Counted from the first letter of the stretch, positions 13,695 to 28,500 are shown. The stretch: DNA of 64,000 nt from Octopus bimaculoides (GCF_001194135.2 NC_068989.1:58448620-58512619); one strand, 5' to 3'. Notes: generated by a model not told the origin, from the sequence alone. Translations and numbers: made by a program.

Positions 13695-13901
13695 ATGATG
13701 CAGTACTGTGAAAATGCATCAGCCATTAATATCTATTGGAGAGATAATGGTCTGAATCATTGCTTTATTGATACTGTAACAAACAGTATTTTATTTTTTA
13801 TCATTGCTGTTTTTGGGACAATACAGATATGGATGTACAACCGGTACTCAACTTCAGTAGAGAAGAAGTATAAACCATTTAATTTTGGATATGTTACACA
13901 A
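13695..13901 (+). CDS. ABCB6: ABCB6 coding exon 1 (exon starts at 13659, ATG at 13695)
   Basis: Acceptor ttttgcag ends 13658; MMQYCENAS...NHCFIDTV...YVTQ; donor gtaagt at 13902; phase 0. Confidence 0.9.
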
Positions 13902-14638
13902 GTAAGTCTAGCTTGTCTATTGTAAATATTTTCTATTTTCCATCATAACTCTTGTTAAATATATCTGAGTGATGACTATAAAAGTTAAAATACTGAAATT
14001 GAGTTTATGATATACAAACTTTTCATTATTCAGCTATTAACTTTTCTGTAATTAGAGTAAGATTGTATTTCTTGTCATTATATCTTTTTATGTTGAACAT
14101 GAGATATATCATCAAACAACGAAGTAATTTATAATATCTGTAGTAATGAGCAACCCTCCTTATGTTTGCATTCATAATTACAAACAAAAACAAAGAAGGT
14201 ATTTTTCATCAAACTGTTTCGTTTTATAATTAGAAACATCAGACCCATGCATACAGATGTTTCCATTTCACGCCCTTTTTATCAGCTATTATATTTTATT
14301 TGTACTCTATTATTTTATTATTGTATCAGAAATTTGAAATTCATTTCTAATTATTCAAAATAAAGACAATTATTATGGGGAAATAATCCATAATTATATT
14401 AATTCTCTGAGTTTCTATCTACGTTTATCTGTCAGAATCCAAAATGTAAGTATTTGTGTATTTATTTTCTGATTAATAAGTGAAAGCTAAGGTTTTATAA
14501 TTGTACCTTCCATGAATCAGATATGAAATCTTTAATGAAGTGTTTCTCACAAATTCAGAACACCCAAATAGATTGATAGAAAAACAAAGTTTCACTCTGA
14601 TGATATTAAAAAAAAAAAGACTGAGAGAGAAAGAGAGA

Positions 14639-14720
<82 letters not shown>

Positions 14721-17700
14721 TGAATATGCATATCCATCCATCCATCCATACATACATACATACATACATACATACAACAAGTTTCTTTCTGTATCCGTCT
14801 ACCATATCCATTCACAAGACTTTGGTTATCTGTGGGATTCGGAAGAAGATGCTTGACCAAGGTGCCATGCAATAGTACTGAACCTGAAACCATGTTCCTT
14901 TATAAAGTTTTAGTCAACTCGTGTTGATTATGTTTATGAATATCATTGGCATAACACTGAAAAATGTTCCACAAACTCAGCATAATATGTCTAGAATATT
15001 CTTCCTGAACTCATGATATCTTTTCCTGGAAAGATGAAAGGCTGTTCCCAAAATTTCTAAATTACTTGTCTGGGTTAAGCTGCTGTTTGGAAGTATAAAA
15101 ATAGACTGAAGCTAATGATCTTACTGGATCAATTGGAAGATTTAATTGGAGATGAAGGTTCAAGTACTGAGATTGTTAGGGAGAGGGAATTATTTAGTTT
15201 TGCCATCATCTAAATTACTACTGTACTTTCTGGTATACAAGTTTAATTTTTCTGACCAGAATTTACAGTCACAAAAAAGGTATGTTGATTTACATGCCAA
15301 GATGACTTTGGAGGACGAAATTTCTATGTAAACTGTAGAGGCAGTGCTCCAGCATGGCCGCAGTCAAATGACTGAAACAAGTAAAAGAGTAAAAGAGTAA
15401 AGGATTTGGAGAGTGAGCGTGACAGTGTTTGAATGATTACACTACATGTTTACACTATATACTATGTTGGTTTGTATGCTAGAAAATATGGCATGTTAAA
15501 TAAAATATCAGATACATACCATTTCCTATCTGCTCAGTGTTGGATATCATTGGTACTTATTTTGCTTTGTTATTGTTTTCAGATTCTTGCTACTTCAGTC
15601 TTAATATTTGAGTCTGTTCTTCATATTGTACTGATTGACACAGCTGAAGATGGTCGCACTGTTTATGGCTATCAGCTCTTCACTTGTCTAGTGTACCTTT
15701 GTGGCTGGACTATAACAATGAAACTAATATGCTTAGAAAGACACCGTGCCTTGCCCTCGATACCTACAAGAAGCCATGGACTTGTTTTACTTGTCTTTTG
15801 GACATTAACATATGTACGAGAGAATATTGCTTTTGTATCTTGGTTTAGTCCAGAATGGTGGTGGCATTTAAGTAGGTAAGTATTAAATACTATTTTTCAA
15901 ATTCATAACATCAATATTAGATAGGTTTTCATGTTTCTTTTGATTCATGTTAGTTTTTTCAATATTATTATTCCTATAAAAAATCCTCAACTCCTATGAA
16001 TGTAATTCATCATCATCGTCATCATCATCATCATCGTTTAACGTCTGTTTTCCATGCTGGCATGGGTTGGAAATTTTGACTGGAGCTGGCCAGCTGGAGA
16101 GTTGTCCAGGTTCCAATTGTTTGTTTTGGTATGATTTCTATGGCTGGATACCCTTCCTAATGCCAGCCACTTTACAAAGTGTGCTGGATGCATCCATGTA
16201 GCGCCGACATGAGTGCATTTTACATAGTACCAGATTAGGTGTGTTTATGTAGCACCAACACATGTGCATTTTACATGGCACCAGCATCTGCAAGATAAAG
16301 ACCTCTCAGCTGGGAGAGAGAGTAGGGGAATGGACATAAAAGACATGCCTGTATGTATGGATGGCTGTGATTTTACTTATCTTGATATGTCTTCTCAAGT
16401 ACAGCAGATTTCCGCAAGTCCCAGCCCCTTGTCATTATTTCAGTGAAGCCTATCATCTGAAAATCCTTTCTCACTATTTTGTCAAATGTCTTTCTGGCTC
16501 TACCTCTTCTACAGGTTTCCTCCACAATTAGAGAGCAGCACTTCTTTAAGTAGCTGTTCTCATCCATGCACATCACATGACCATACCAGTGCAGTCTTCT
16601 CTCTTGCACACAACATCTGTGACTCGTGATGTTTGAAATGTCCCAATATCTGGGACCTATTGTTGTGACTGCTAGTTCTGTTGGCTCTCGTTCTCTGTTT
16701 TCTACATTCTTGTGAGTAGAAAGCCCTTCAATGACTTTTATTGCCACATGTGTGGAAGCTTGTCTTTTTGTTCTGAATCCCCAGTCTCATGGCTTTTCTT
16801 TCTGTATTCTTGCTGTGGCACAACTCTAGTATGATTTGTTGTCTTCAGGCATCTTTAGAACTTGTATGCCTATTGAGATTCCCTCTCAATCAGGTGTCAT
16901 TTCTCGTACTCCTTACTTGCCCATACTGTGTCACAAAGATGACAACAAGCTAAAAGTCAACATTATTACTAACATCTTTGACAAAGACTCTTGTATGCAT
17001 CTAGCTGTGTATTTCTGTACTAATTTGTTTCTTTCTCTCAACCTTAGTTTTAAAAGCTAGGCATCATTTTAAAAGTGTGTAAGGCTTAACTCAACCGGTT
17101 ACTCAACATATTGGCCAGGGTTACTTCTAATTGTTTTCTTCAGAGTATAAGGAAACTTGCACTATGCATAGATGAAGAACTCTGGCAGAGACACACCCTT
17201 CCTAGTCTATGAGTTTCCTCAGCAGATTTTTTTCTCAGTCAGTTCATGTTCCCTGTCTGTTTGTCACTGTTTTTGATTGGTAAAAATGTTTGTTGTTGTC
17301 ATTAATTTTGTTTATGTTATGCAAATTTGCATTTTCAGGTCACAAATTGTGATTGTACTTCTATCTATTTGTTTCTTGGTAATTTATTTTCTGTTTGCTT
17401 TTTTTTAAAATTCTGTTTTGCTTTCATTATTGTATATTTGAACATTATTTCAATATTGTATTTTGAAGAGAATTGTCCAGTTCTATTCACTTTCTTGTTA
17501 AAACCTCTCACTGTTCTTTTAGTAGAGAAAACCATGGTAAAATGTATTGTAAACAAGAAATTTTGGGAAAACAATGAAATAATGACTAAAGAATAGATCT
17601 TCTACCAACCTAAGTTATTGGGATAAGTGTCCTGATGTTTCAGAGTCCTCTGTTTTCAGAATAATTCAATCAGAAGAATTTTCATTCAGTAAGAAGAGCT

Positions 17701-17746
17701 AGTAATAATCCAATTTTATGGGAGAGTTTTGTAAAATGACACAATG

Positions 17747-17799
<53 letters not shown>

Positions 17800-19506
17800 C
17801 TACTACTACAGGCACAAGGCCAGAAATTTTGGGGAGAGTGGTCTAGTTGATTACATTAACCCCAGAGCTCAAATGGAAATCTCCTCCCCTAGGAACTTTC
17901 CATGGAGCCTCCTCGAAGCTTTCCTGGAGGTAGTTGCTCCCCTTCGTGTAAATTTACAGGTAATCTCGTCCTCGCCTTGGACTCTTCCAGATAATCTCTC
18001 CCCAGAACTTTCCAGGAAGTAGTTCATCCTCGGAACTTTCCAGGAACTCATCCGAACTTTTCCAGGAAATCCCATGCTCGGAACTTTCAGGAAGTCCCGC
18101 CCTCGGAAATTTCTAGGAAAACCCTGGAATTTTCCAGACAGTCACACCATCGGAACTTTCCAGGAACTCGGACCCTTGGAACTTTCCAGGAAACTATCGG
18201 AATTTTCCAGGAAGTCCCTTCGTCAGAACTTTCCAAGAAGTCAGATCCTTGGAACCTTCACCGCTATTTGGAAGGCGATGGCTATCTGCAAGTGTAAGCC
18301 CTGTAAGTCAGGATCGCTGTTCCAGCTCTTCTCCTTTGCCATCCTCCAGGGCAACACCTTTTCCATTTTGTCTGCTGGGACTGTGAGGTGGTCTGAATTA
18401 CAGGAAACTGAGAGAATACAGGAATTTCATAGCTTACTACATGAACAATAAACTTATAACCCCTACCTCCACCACCACTACAACTACCATCTTCCATCAG
18501 ACTCCTCAATGCAACTACATCTTTGTTCGTACAAATTACTACTACTACTACTTCTACTACCATCACAAATCAAAGAAATTATTGCTCCAAGACATAGATT
18601 TAAATATGCCAGTGGATAGAAAATAAATCAAAATACATGATAGATTATCTCAGAGATATGTAGCTGAGTAACAGATGAAAGAAACAAAACAAAATCTATA
18701 GAAATGGAAGTAGTTCCTTGTGGCAGTACAACTTAAATATGTTTATGCTAATAAGATCCTAAGATCTTTGAATGAATACAAAGTGTTTGCTTGTAAGTGT
18801 ACATGTATTAAATATAGGTTTACTTGTGCACGCATATTAAAATTTCATTTTCTAAATTAAAAATTTAAGCTTCTATTTTTGTTACAATGTTATCTTACTC
18901 TTCTGTTCTGTTTTAGTGAATCTCAAAAGATTGAATTTTCATTATGGCTACTGCGTTATTTGTGCACAATGTCGCTGTTTATCTTGGGTTTTTGTGCACC
19001 TGGTGTTCCTCGAGGCACTTACCATTTACTTCTTCAAGATGAGGAACAGGTAAATATTAAAATTTTGATTAAAAATGTAAAAAAAAAATGAAATTTTAAG
19101 TGTTTTTATATCAGAAGAAATATAATAATATTTTGTTATTTATTGATTTTATTTGTTAGGGTTAATTAATTCATACAACCATTTAAAAAAAAAATTTGAA
19201 ACATTTGTTTGCAGGTGGTGAAAACTAATTATTTTCAAGCTTTACTTTGTACCAGCAATGCATTAGGTATTGTTCTTAGAATTGTACCTATTTTTTCTCA
19301 TCTCCCATTTCCATCAAATGACTTCATCACATGTATGAAGAACATCTAATTTTTCTCTTCCTTTTTTTTTTGCTTGTTGATCCTTGAAATTCCACATAAC
19401 ATTTGATAATTTCATTAATAAGCAATGGTGATGTATCTTAATTGAAAGACAACTCTTGAGATCACATTAATTTGTTTCAAATTATTTCATTCAATATCTA
19501 AGCAAT

Positions 19507-19547
<41 letters not shown>

Positions 19548-22500
19548 ATGTGTGTATATAAATGAAGATTTGAAAAGCCTTAGAGTTTCATGTTACTGGT
19601 TATTCAAACAACTGAAATAAGGAAGTAGTGTGACAATATATAAGCAAAAATATTCATAAACAAATCAAAATAGAATTAGTAAAGTATACTGAAGTTTGTT
19701 AGAAAATACATTAGACATTCATATGTTCAATTGTAGTATTCAGAACAGAGTAATATTTTTATCTGTTCATGTCTGAAAACATGATGTTTTTCATGTTTTC
19801 AGTACCATGTGTATAAAATATAAATAAGTAAGGAAACTTCTTAGACTAAAGGATTATCTTTTATATGGATACATGTCTTCAGAAGAACCTTTTCAGGTAA
19901 AGAATGCCAGCTTATTATGTTCATTCCTGTAGCCATTTTTTGTTTGAAGAATAGGAAAGAGTTGTACATGAAATGTTGAGTTTGTGAATGTATACAATAG
20001 GAGTTATGCCACATAAGGTCTCAGGTAGGAAAGCTTCCATGTGGAGATAGATAGATTTTTATATTGTCGAGTTAATATTTTCCAGATGATACCAACATAA
20101 TCCTTGTTTCCCATTTCTAGTTGGTGTTATGGGGTTGAGTGGCTTTTTAGGATACCCCTTGTCATGATAAAAAGACTTCATTTCAGAAGACACAAAGTTT
20201 CATGATTTCTGTAAATACATGCAGATAAACCTGAAATAGAAAATAAAATAGTTAAGCAATAAATGACAGTTGATGAGGAAGCAAAATGGAAAACAGGAAT
20301 ATAATTGATAAACAATCAATAGATATATTTATTACTTGACAATGATGGAAACAGACTATTAAAATCAATACTTATTAGGTCAAAGGGACATATGTATCTG
20401 ATGAGCTGATGTTGTTCTTGATGTCGTGTGGCATCTTACAAATATGTTTAATGTTGTCCACCAAACACAGATGATTTCACACTCTAACAAGATGCACCAA
20501 CTATGTAATGTTGGCTTATGTTAAAGCACTAAATGTAATATATAGCGATAGTCCATATATTACAATGTAATATATACAAATTTTCTATGTATGTAATATA
20601 CGGAGATAGTCTGTATATTACATTTAGTGAGGTCTAGAGCAGAGATCCTTTATGTATTAAATCTAATATAGTTTAGAGCAGAAATCTTAAAAAATAATAA
20701 ATGTAGTAAAAGGATGATTCGGGTGGTGAGTTGATAGAGATGTTAACACGATGTCTATAATGCTATTATTTAGTTTTAAAATTCTACTTTGTGAGTTCAA
20801 ATCCTGCTGTAGTTAATTTTCATTTATATTTCTCCTGGGTTGAAAACACATAACATCTAATAATATACTGGGGTGATTTATAGACTATGTGCTCTCTTTA
20901 TAAATATCATAAAATTAGTTTTAGTTGCTCCTATTCATACTATGGTTAGGAAATATTTTCCAACATATATTGCCAGAATAGTTACATGGTTAAGAACTTT
21001 GTTTTTCAGGCACATGGTTTTTGAGTTCAAGTACTTTGGGCAAGTGTCTTCTACTATAGCCCCAGGCTAACCAAAGCTCTGTGAGTGGATTTGAGAGATG
21101 GTAAAAGAAAAATGTCCATATGTGTGTGTGTATGTGTGCATATGCATCTGTATGTGTATATGTGGGTTTGCATGCATGCATGTGTGCATGTATGTATGTG
21201 CTTGTTTGTTTGTTTTCACATCACATGATAGTTATAATGAAGTATTACTGTCATGCATGCAGAGTCCTTCAGTTCCATCCTGCCATGAAAACATGTCTGG
21301 CCATGGGAAAATATTACTTTGCTTGGAAACAAGTGAAGTTTGGCAACAGGAAGGGCATCTGACCATAGAAAATCTGCCTCAACAAATTTCATCTAATGCA
21401 TGCAAACGTGGAAACGGAGACATTAAAATGATAATGATAATTATTTAAGAAATTAAACTTCCTGAGATAGACCAGAGAAAGATTTTTCAGAATATTGTTG
21501 ATTGCAATTTGATATTAGAGAAACTTGTAAATATCAAATATCAAAATATTTAAGATTTAAACATGAATTTTAGTCTTCTCAATTTTATTATTTGGATACA
21601 GGGCCAAAATCAATCACAAACTTCTACTTGGCAAAACTTGTCGAAGAAATTAAAGCTTATGTTTCCATTGGTGTGGCCCAAAGGTCAGTTGGTCTTGCAG
21701 TTGTTAGTTCTTTTATGCCTGGGATTACTTAGCCTTGGACGAGTAGTGAATATTTTTGTACCAATCTATTACAAAAACATTGGTGAGTAGAAGTTCTTTC
21801 ATATTTATTGAAGTGTTATTTCAGATGAAGCATGTTTATTATTTGCTCTATGTCCAGTGATATATTTCTAATATTATATCGATGATGTTAGAAAGGGCAT
21901 CCAATTATAGGAACCACACCAAAGTAGACATTGGAGCTTGGTGCAGTCCTCTAGCTCGCTATCCCTTTTCAACTCATTCAGCCCATTCCTACATGGAAAA
22001 TGGATTTTAAATGACGATGATGATGATGATGGTGATTGCTGACCTCTGGAATGATCTGCTTTAACCCTTTAGCATTTAACCAGCCATAACCGGCCCAAAT
22101 ATTTTACTTGTTTTATGTTCAAAGTCGCCAGATCTGGCCTCTCACACTTACCTTACAATGTCATTCTAGAAAAAAAACAATCACATCATAGAAATCTCAA
22201 AGCTACAAGGTAATGCATGATTAATTCAAAACAGTGTGAATGAATAAGTATTACATTTAACAAAGTATTCTGTATGCTAAAGGGTTAAAGTATTTTCTAT
22301 CATGGCTCTGTCTCCAAAGAATATACAAAATGTTGTGTCTTTTGGTTCATCTTTTCACCAAATATCTCTGAATGTTTTGGTTGACCTCTTTTTCTTCTTG
22401 TTGTTGGCACTCCGTCGCTTACGACGTCGAGGGTTCCAGTTGATCCGATCAACAGAACAGCCTGCTCGTGAAATTAACGTGCAAGTGGCTGAGCACTCTA

Positions 22501-24749
22501 CAGACACGTGTACTCTTAACGTAGTTCTCGGGGATATTCAGCGTGACACAGTGTGACAAGGCTGACCCTTTGAATTACAGGTACAACAAAAACAGGAAGT
22601 AAGAGTGAGAGAAAGTTGTGGTGGAAGAGTACAGCAGGGTTCGCCACCATCGCCTGCCGAAGGCTTGTGGAGCTTTAGGTGTTTTCGCTCAATAAACACT
22701 CACAACGCCCGGTCTGGGAATCGAAATCGCGATTCTATGACCGTGAGTCCGCTGCCCTAACCACTGGGCCATTACGCCTCCCTTCTTTTTCTAATACTTA
22801 TATATCCAGAACAATTGATAAATATGATAGATTTTGAAGTTATTGTTCAAAAATACTATTAGAAAAATGACTTGTATTTTTAGTTCCCTAAATGTCTTGA
22901 AGAATCCTCAGAAGCTTTTGTCGCCATGGATCTGTCAGCTTAATGCAAACTTTTTTTAAAACTAATCTACTTGTGTTAAAAACTACCTCATTGTTTTCTC
23001 TGCAAAATCTTCTCCACGTTAGAGATTATTATATTTTATTTGGTCCCACCCATGCCAGCATGGAAGGCAGACATTAAACAATGATGATGATGATGAATTA
23101 TCCATGTACAAAATAATCAGGCACTCTCCCTACAAGATGGTTAGCTTTTAAGTGAATAAAAAATTCAATTATATGGTAAGAGTACTTAACCCTGAAGCAT
23201 AGTATCTTAAAAACATATTGAGATATAAAATATTATTTTAATGCAAAATGAGGTTTAATATTTAATAACCAGTTACAAATAAGCGTAAAAATGATGATAA
23301 TGATGATGATAGTGGTGGCAATGATCTACAACTAAAACCTATTAAATAGATAATATAATTATCAACACTCATGTTATTACCATCTTGATAAGATTATTTA
23401 AGTAATAGAAGTTATCTCAAACAGAAGTACCAAACTGTTTCCACTTCATCTAGTGAAATTCAGAGCAGCTGATGAGTTCACAAACTATACAAACATTAGC
23501 TACAAAATCGTTTAACAATTAATTTGTGAGTAGATGTATGAAATAGTGACTCAGAATAAACATGCTTGATATCAGTTCAAATATGTCTGAGATATATTTA
23601 AACCTGTTAAAGGTTTTTGCTGCAAAATTTGTTTCCATGGCTGGTGTGTCCTGGAGCTCCTGCCAACAAGTTTTGAGCAAGGAATTGCGAATGAAAAGAG
23701 TTGCAGCAAAACTTGTGTCTTGCTTGCTCATGGAAGATCAAAAGCAGTCACAACTGAATGCGTGTTGTGAACTGAAAGAACAATTGGAATTTGATCTAGA
23801 CCTTTATTCAAAAGAACCAAATATAATTAAATCATTATGAGCCAGAACTTCTCAATTTGTTGATGTAACTATTGATCTTCAAAATAAATTTAACCAGAAT
23901 ATAATGTTGTATTTGCTTTGTAATGAGGTGATATTTGAAACTTTTGAAATTTGCATGTGATGTTCCTGATTGGCACTGTGTATTGTATCTGAGTCATTTT
24001 AGTTGATAGACAGGATTATGACTCCTTAACTCTTCAAATGGAGTGATAGAGGCAAATATTTTTGATCCCTTACCAAGATTATATACTTAAAAGCAATAAA
24101 TGCCAATTGTGGCTTTGACACACATTAGCTAAGGTGACTCATATATCGCTAAGAATGTCTGTCTTTTATACCACAGTCATCTAAAATCTTAACTTGAACC
24201 AAAAGAGCTTCTGTATGGTTGTTTGATATGATAGAAATAGAAGTGAAATATCTCTCAAATTCTTTCCTACCATCTTAGAAAATGACACATTGAAATTAAT
24301 AATAATAATAATGATGATAATAATCCTTTCTCCTAAAGGTACAAGGCCTGAAGTTTTGGGGGAGGGGACCAGTCAATTATATTGACCCCAGTGTTTCACT
24401 GGTACTTAATATATCAGCCCTGAAAGGATGAAAGGCAAAGTCAACCTTGGCAGAATTTGAACTCAGAATATTAAGACAGATGAAATGCTGCTAAGTATTT
24501 TACCTGGCATGCTAATGATTCTGTTAGCTCACCACCTAAATGATAATAATATCAATAATTATCTAAAAGTTTGGCACATGCCAGCAAGTTTAGGGAGGGG
24601 ATAAGTCAATTAATTCAAGCCCAGTGCTCAACTGGTACTCATGCAAAGTAAAATTGACTGTGGCGGAGTTTGAACTCAAAATGTAAAGACAGACAAAATG
24701 CCGCTAAGCATTTTGCCTGGTGTGGTAATGATTCTGCCAGCTTTCCACC

Positions 24750-24781
<32 letters not shown>

Positions 24782-25501
24782 TCTTTCTACTAAAGGCACA
24801 AGGCCTAAAATTTGTGCGGAGGGGACCTGTCAATTACATCAACCCCTGTGTTACACCGGTACTTAATTCATTGACCCCGAAAGGATGAAAAGTAGAGTCA
24901 ACCTCGGTGGAATTTGAACTCAGAATGTAAAGATGGACAAAATGTGGCTAAGCATTTTGCCCAGTGTGGTAGCAATTCTGCCAGCTTGCTGCCTTAATAA
25001 TAATAATAATCCTGTCTACTATAGGCACAAGGTCTGAAATTTCGTGGGAAGGGGAGTAAGTTGATTGCATTGACCTCAGTGTTCAACTGGTACTTATTTT
25101 ATCGACCCTGAAAGGATGAAAGGCAAAGTCAACCTTGGTGGAATTTGAACTCAGAATGCAAAGACATAGAAAATGCAGCTAAACATTTTGCTTGGTGTAC
25201 TAATGATTCTGCCAGCTCGTGGCCTTTTGCTGTCTTAATAATGACAAAAATAATAATAATAATCATTTCTACTATAGGCACAAAGCATGGAATTTGAGGA
25301 GAGGAGGATAATTGACTACATCGACCCCAGTACTTGACTAGTACTTAATTTATCGATCTCGAAAAGATGAAGAGCAAAGTTGACCCCGGTGGCACTTGAA
25401 CTCAGAATGTAAAGACAGATGAAATACCACTAAGCATTTCACCTGGCAGGCTAATGATTTTGCCAGCTCGTTGCCTTGATAATAATAATAATAATAATAA
25501 T

Positions 25502-25554
<53 letters not shown>

Positions 25555-28500
25555 TAATAATAATAAAAAAATATTCAGACAAATACATAACAAAAACACC
25601 AGGACTTACAAATATATATAACATACAGAAAATTGCACTACTGGGTACTGCACACATTCTACGCAAAACACTTTCAATACAGTAACCATAAGAGCACCAC
25701 AGCACATACCCAAGGCACACAGAGCTGTGCTCGGTAGTGAAGTGAAAGCACGTTATAAAAATAAAACTACTGAACAATAATAATAATAATAATAGGAGAT
25801 GGTCTGAGTAATGAAAGCCAACTTGAAGCTCAACTACAATAATCTTAGTTAATTTGATATATCTATCATTAGGTAAAATATAACACTGCTAAGTTATTGA
25901 ATCAAAGAGCTTCAACAAAATATTATGGCTTAAGTCTTGCTAGAGCTATTGTGTTACACCTTGGTAAATATAAATAATATTGCTTCATTACATTTGCTTA
26001 GCTAATAATAGGCTCCTCTCCTACTTTGTGACTGACTGTTAATAGTAAGAATGTCAGCCATCTATATAAGCAATTGCTCTGGGGAAAACCATATCCGTTA
26101 TTTTAGCCGTTTTTGATACTAACCTACCTGAGACTGCCCTTTGTTTTATAATACAAAGTTCGTATTTTAAAGTCATCCAAAGCAAAAGTTTCTATCAAAA
26201 TTTCATGTTAAATTAAGTTCCAAACATCAGCTTGATAATGACAATTATGTTACTAAATTTCTCCTTTTCGAAACAAATTAAAACAAATGTAGAGTATTTC
26301 AACAGAAATATGGTAACAAAAGGGTTAATATTGAAAAGAAGAACATTACAGCAAAGATAGAAATGGCGGTCAGTTCTGGTAGAGTTGTTAGTATGCTGCA
26401 CAAAATACTTAGCAACATTTCATCCATCTTTATGTTCTGAGTTCAAGTTTTGCTGAGGTTGATGTTGCCTTTCATATTTTGGGGTTGTTGAAATAAGTAC
26501 CAGTATTTGGGGTTGATTTAATTAATTTTGCTTTTGTTGTTGGCACTCCGTCGCTTATGACGTCGAGGGTTCCAGTTGATCCGATCAACGGAACAGCCTG
26601 CTCGTGAAATTAATGTGCAAGTGGCTGAACACTCCACAGACACGTGTACCCTTAACATAGTTCTCGGAGATATTCAGCGTGACGCAGTGTGACAAGGCTG
26701 ACCCTTTGAAATACAGGCACAACAGAAACAGGAAGTAAGAGTGAGAGAAAGTTGTGGTGAAAGAGTACAGCAGGGTTCGCCACCATCCCCTACTGGAGCC
26801 TCGTGGAACTTTAAGGTGTTTTCGCTCAATAAACACTCACAATGCCCGGTCTGGGAATTGAAACTACGATCTTATGACCGCGAGTCTGCTGCATTAACCA
26901 CTGGGCCATTGCACCTCCATGATTTAATTGATTATCCCACCCATTTCAAAATTTCAGGTCTTGTGCCTATAGTAAAAAGGATTCGTTTAAAATAATATGA
27001 GATTTAGTTATTCCCTTTTTAGCATGTCATGATGATGATGATGTATTTGATTTATGGAAAGTATTTTCTGAAAAATGGCTTTTTCTATTATTTTAGTGAA
27101 CAGTCTATCTGAAGATGCTTCTGATGGCAAACCACTAACTTTCCGATGGGATTTTGTTCTTATCTACGTCATTCTCTTTATGTTACAAGGTGGAGGATTT
27201 GGTAAGCAAGTCTATACTACTCTCTTTAGTGGATGTAAAGCATTTAAAAATTGTAAAATTGAGAAATAACCATTTAAAAGATGCTTAACTGAAAAGTATT
27301 TTAAAACTTTGAAATGAAATGTATTTGAAAAAGAAAAAAAACTCAACAAAATAACCGAACCAAAAGCTGATTGTGACATATTGCTGAAAACTTTTAGATT
27401 TGTGTCCTTACAGTAGAAGTATTATTTTTTCCATGATTTACATGAATAAGAGATTACATCTGGTATAATTTTCATGAAAATAATAATAAAAGCCAGCAGC
27501 ATCTGAATGAGTAAATACAGTTAGTTGTGACACTGTGTAGGAATCTGATTTGAAAAAAAAAAAGATGTCATGTGATTCACAGTCCTTCGATTGTGAATTT
27601 CACATCTTGTTAGATTCTCATCTGCTCTATCACAACAGAACTCACATTACTTTCACATTATATTGGAGCTTGTCTCTGAGATCTTTTATATTTGAGGATT
27701 TGCAAAAAATAAATCAGTTACCATTTATAATGCCATATTTTTGCCCTATTTCGTCACATTTTGATTGTTAAATCATGATTCCTTTATGATTTTTTTTTCT
27801 CTTTTTCAAGGTTCAACTGGTCTCTTGAACAATCTGCGGTCATTATTATGGCTTCCTGTTCAGCAGTATACAACAAGAAAAATACAAATACAATTATTTG
27901 AACATTTACATTGGTATGCAAGAGTTTATCCTTATGCTGTTTGCATTTATTAATATCATTGGCAGAATACCTCTGTATGATGTAGCTTTACCAGATATCA
28001 TGTTAAAAAATATATATCAGTGACGGAAAGGTAATATTTATCCCCACTTAAGCGTGGATGTTATATTAGAACAAACTATACTCTAGTAGTTACCATGAGG
28101 GAAACTCTCATATTGGTTTTTTGGTGCAAAATGGTGCTGATGAGAATCTCACAAGAGTGCATTTTTCACCAAAAGCTAATATGAGAGTTCCTCTTATTGT
28201 AACTACCACAGTATAGTTTGTTCTAATAGAACATCCATGTTCAAGTGGGGATAAATATTACCTTCTCCAGATAGTATGGGCTTACAAGTATTCAACAGAT
28301 TGGAATGAATATGAATTTTTGTAAGATATTTAGTTGTTGAGATTATTGATAACCTTGGTACCAACTTAAGAAGATTAAAGAGCCAATATAAAAATATTTC
28401 AAAGAGCTAATTAGGTTAACTTGACATAAAAGACCTTGAAAACAATTCTTAACACTTTCTAATCATTTCTTTAGTCAGCTTAGCTTCCCATGTTGCTATT

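Noticed and set aside
17890-18240. CRISPR-like repeat-spacer appearance
   Set aside because: Eukaryotic intron, short degenerate 15-nt cores, spacers of about 10-15 nt, no cas genes. The GAA-N2-TTC-N3-GAA spacing also does not fit a canonical three-unit heat-shock element.
22700-22782. tRNA-like sequence
   Set aside because: SINE head; no complete cloverleaf, and it continues into SINE body sequence.
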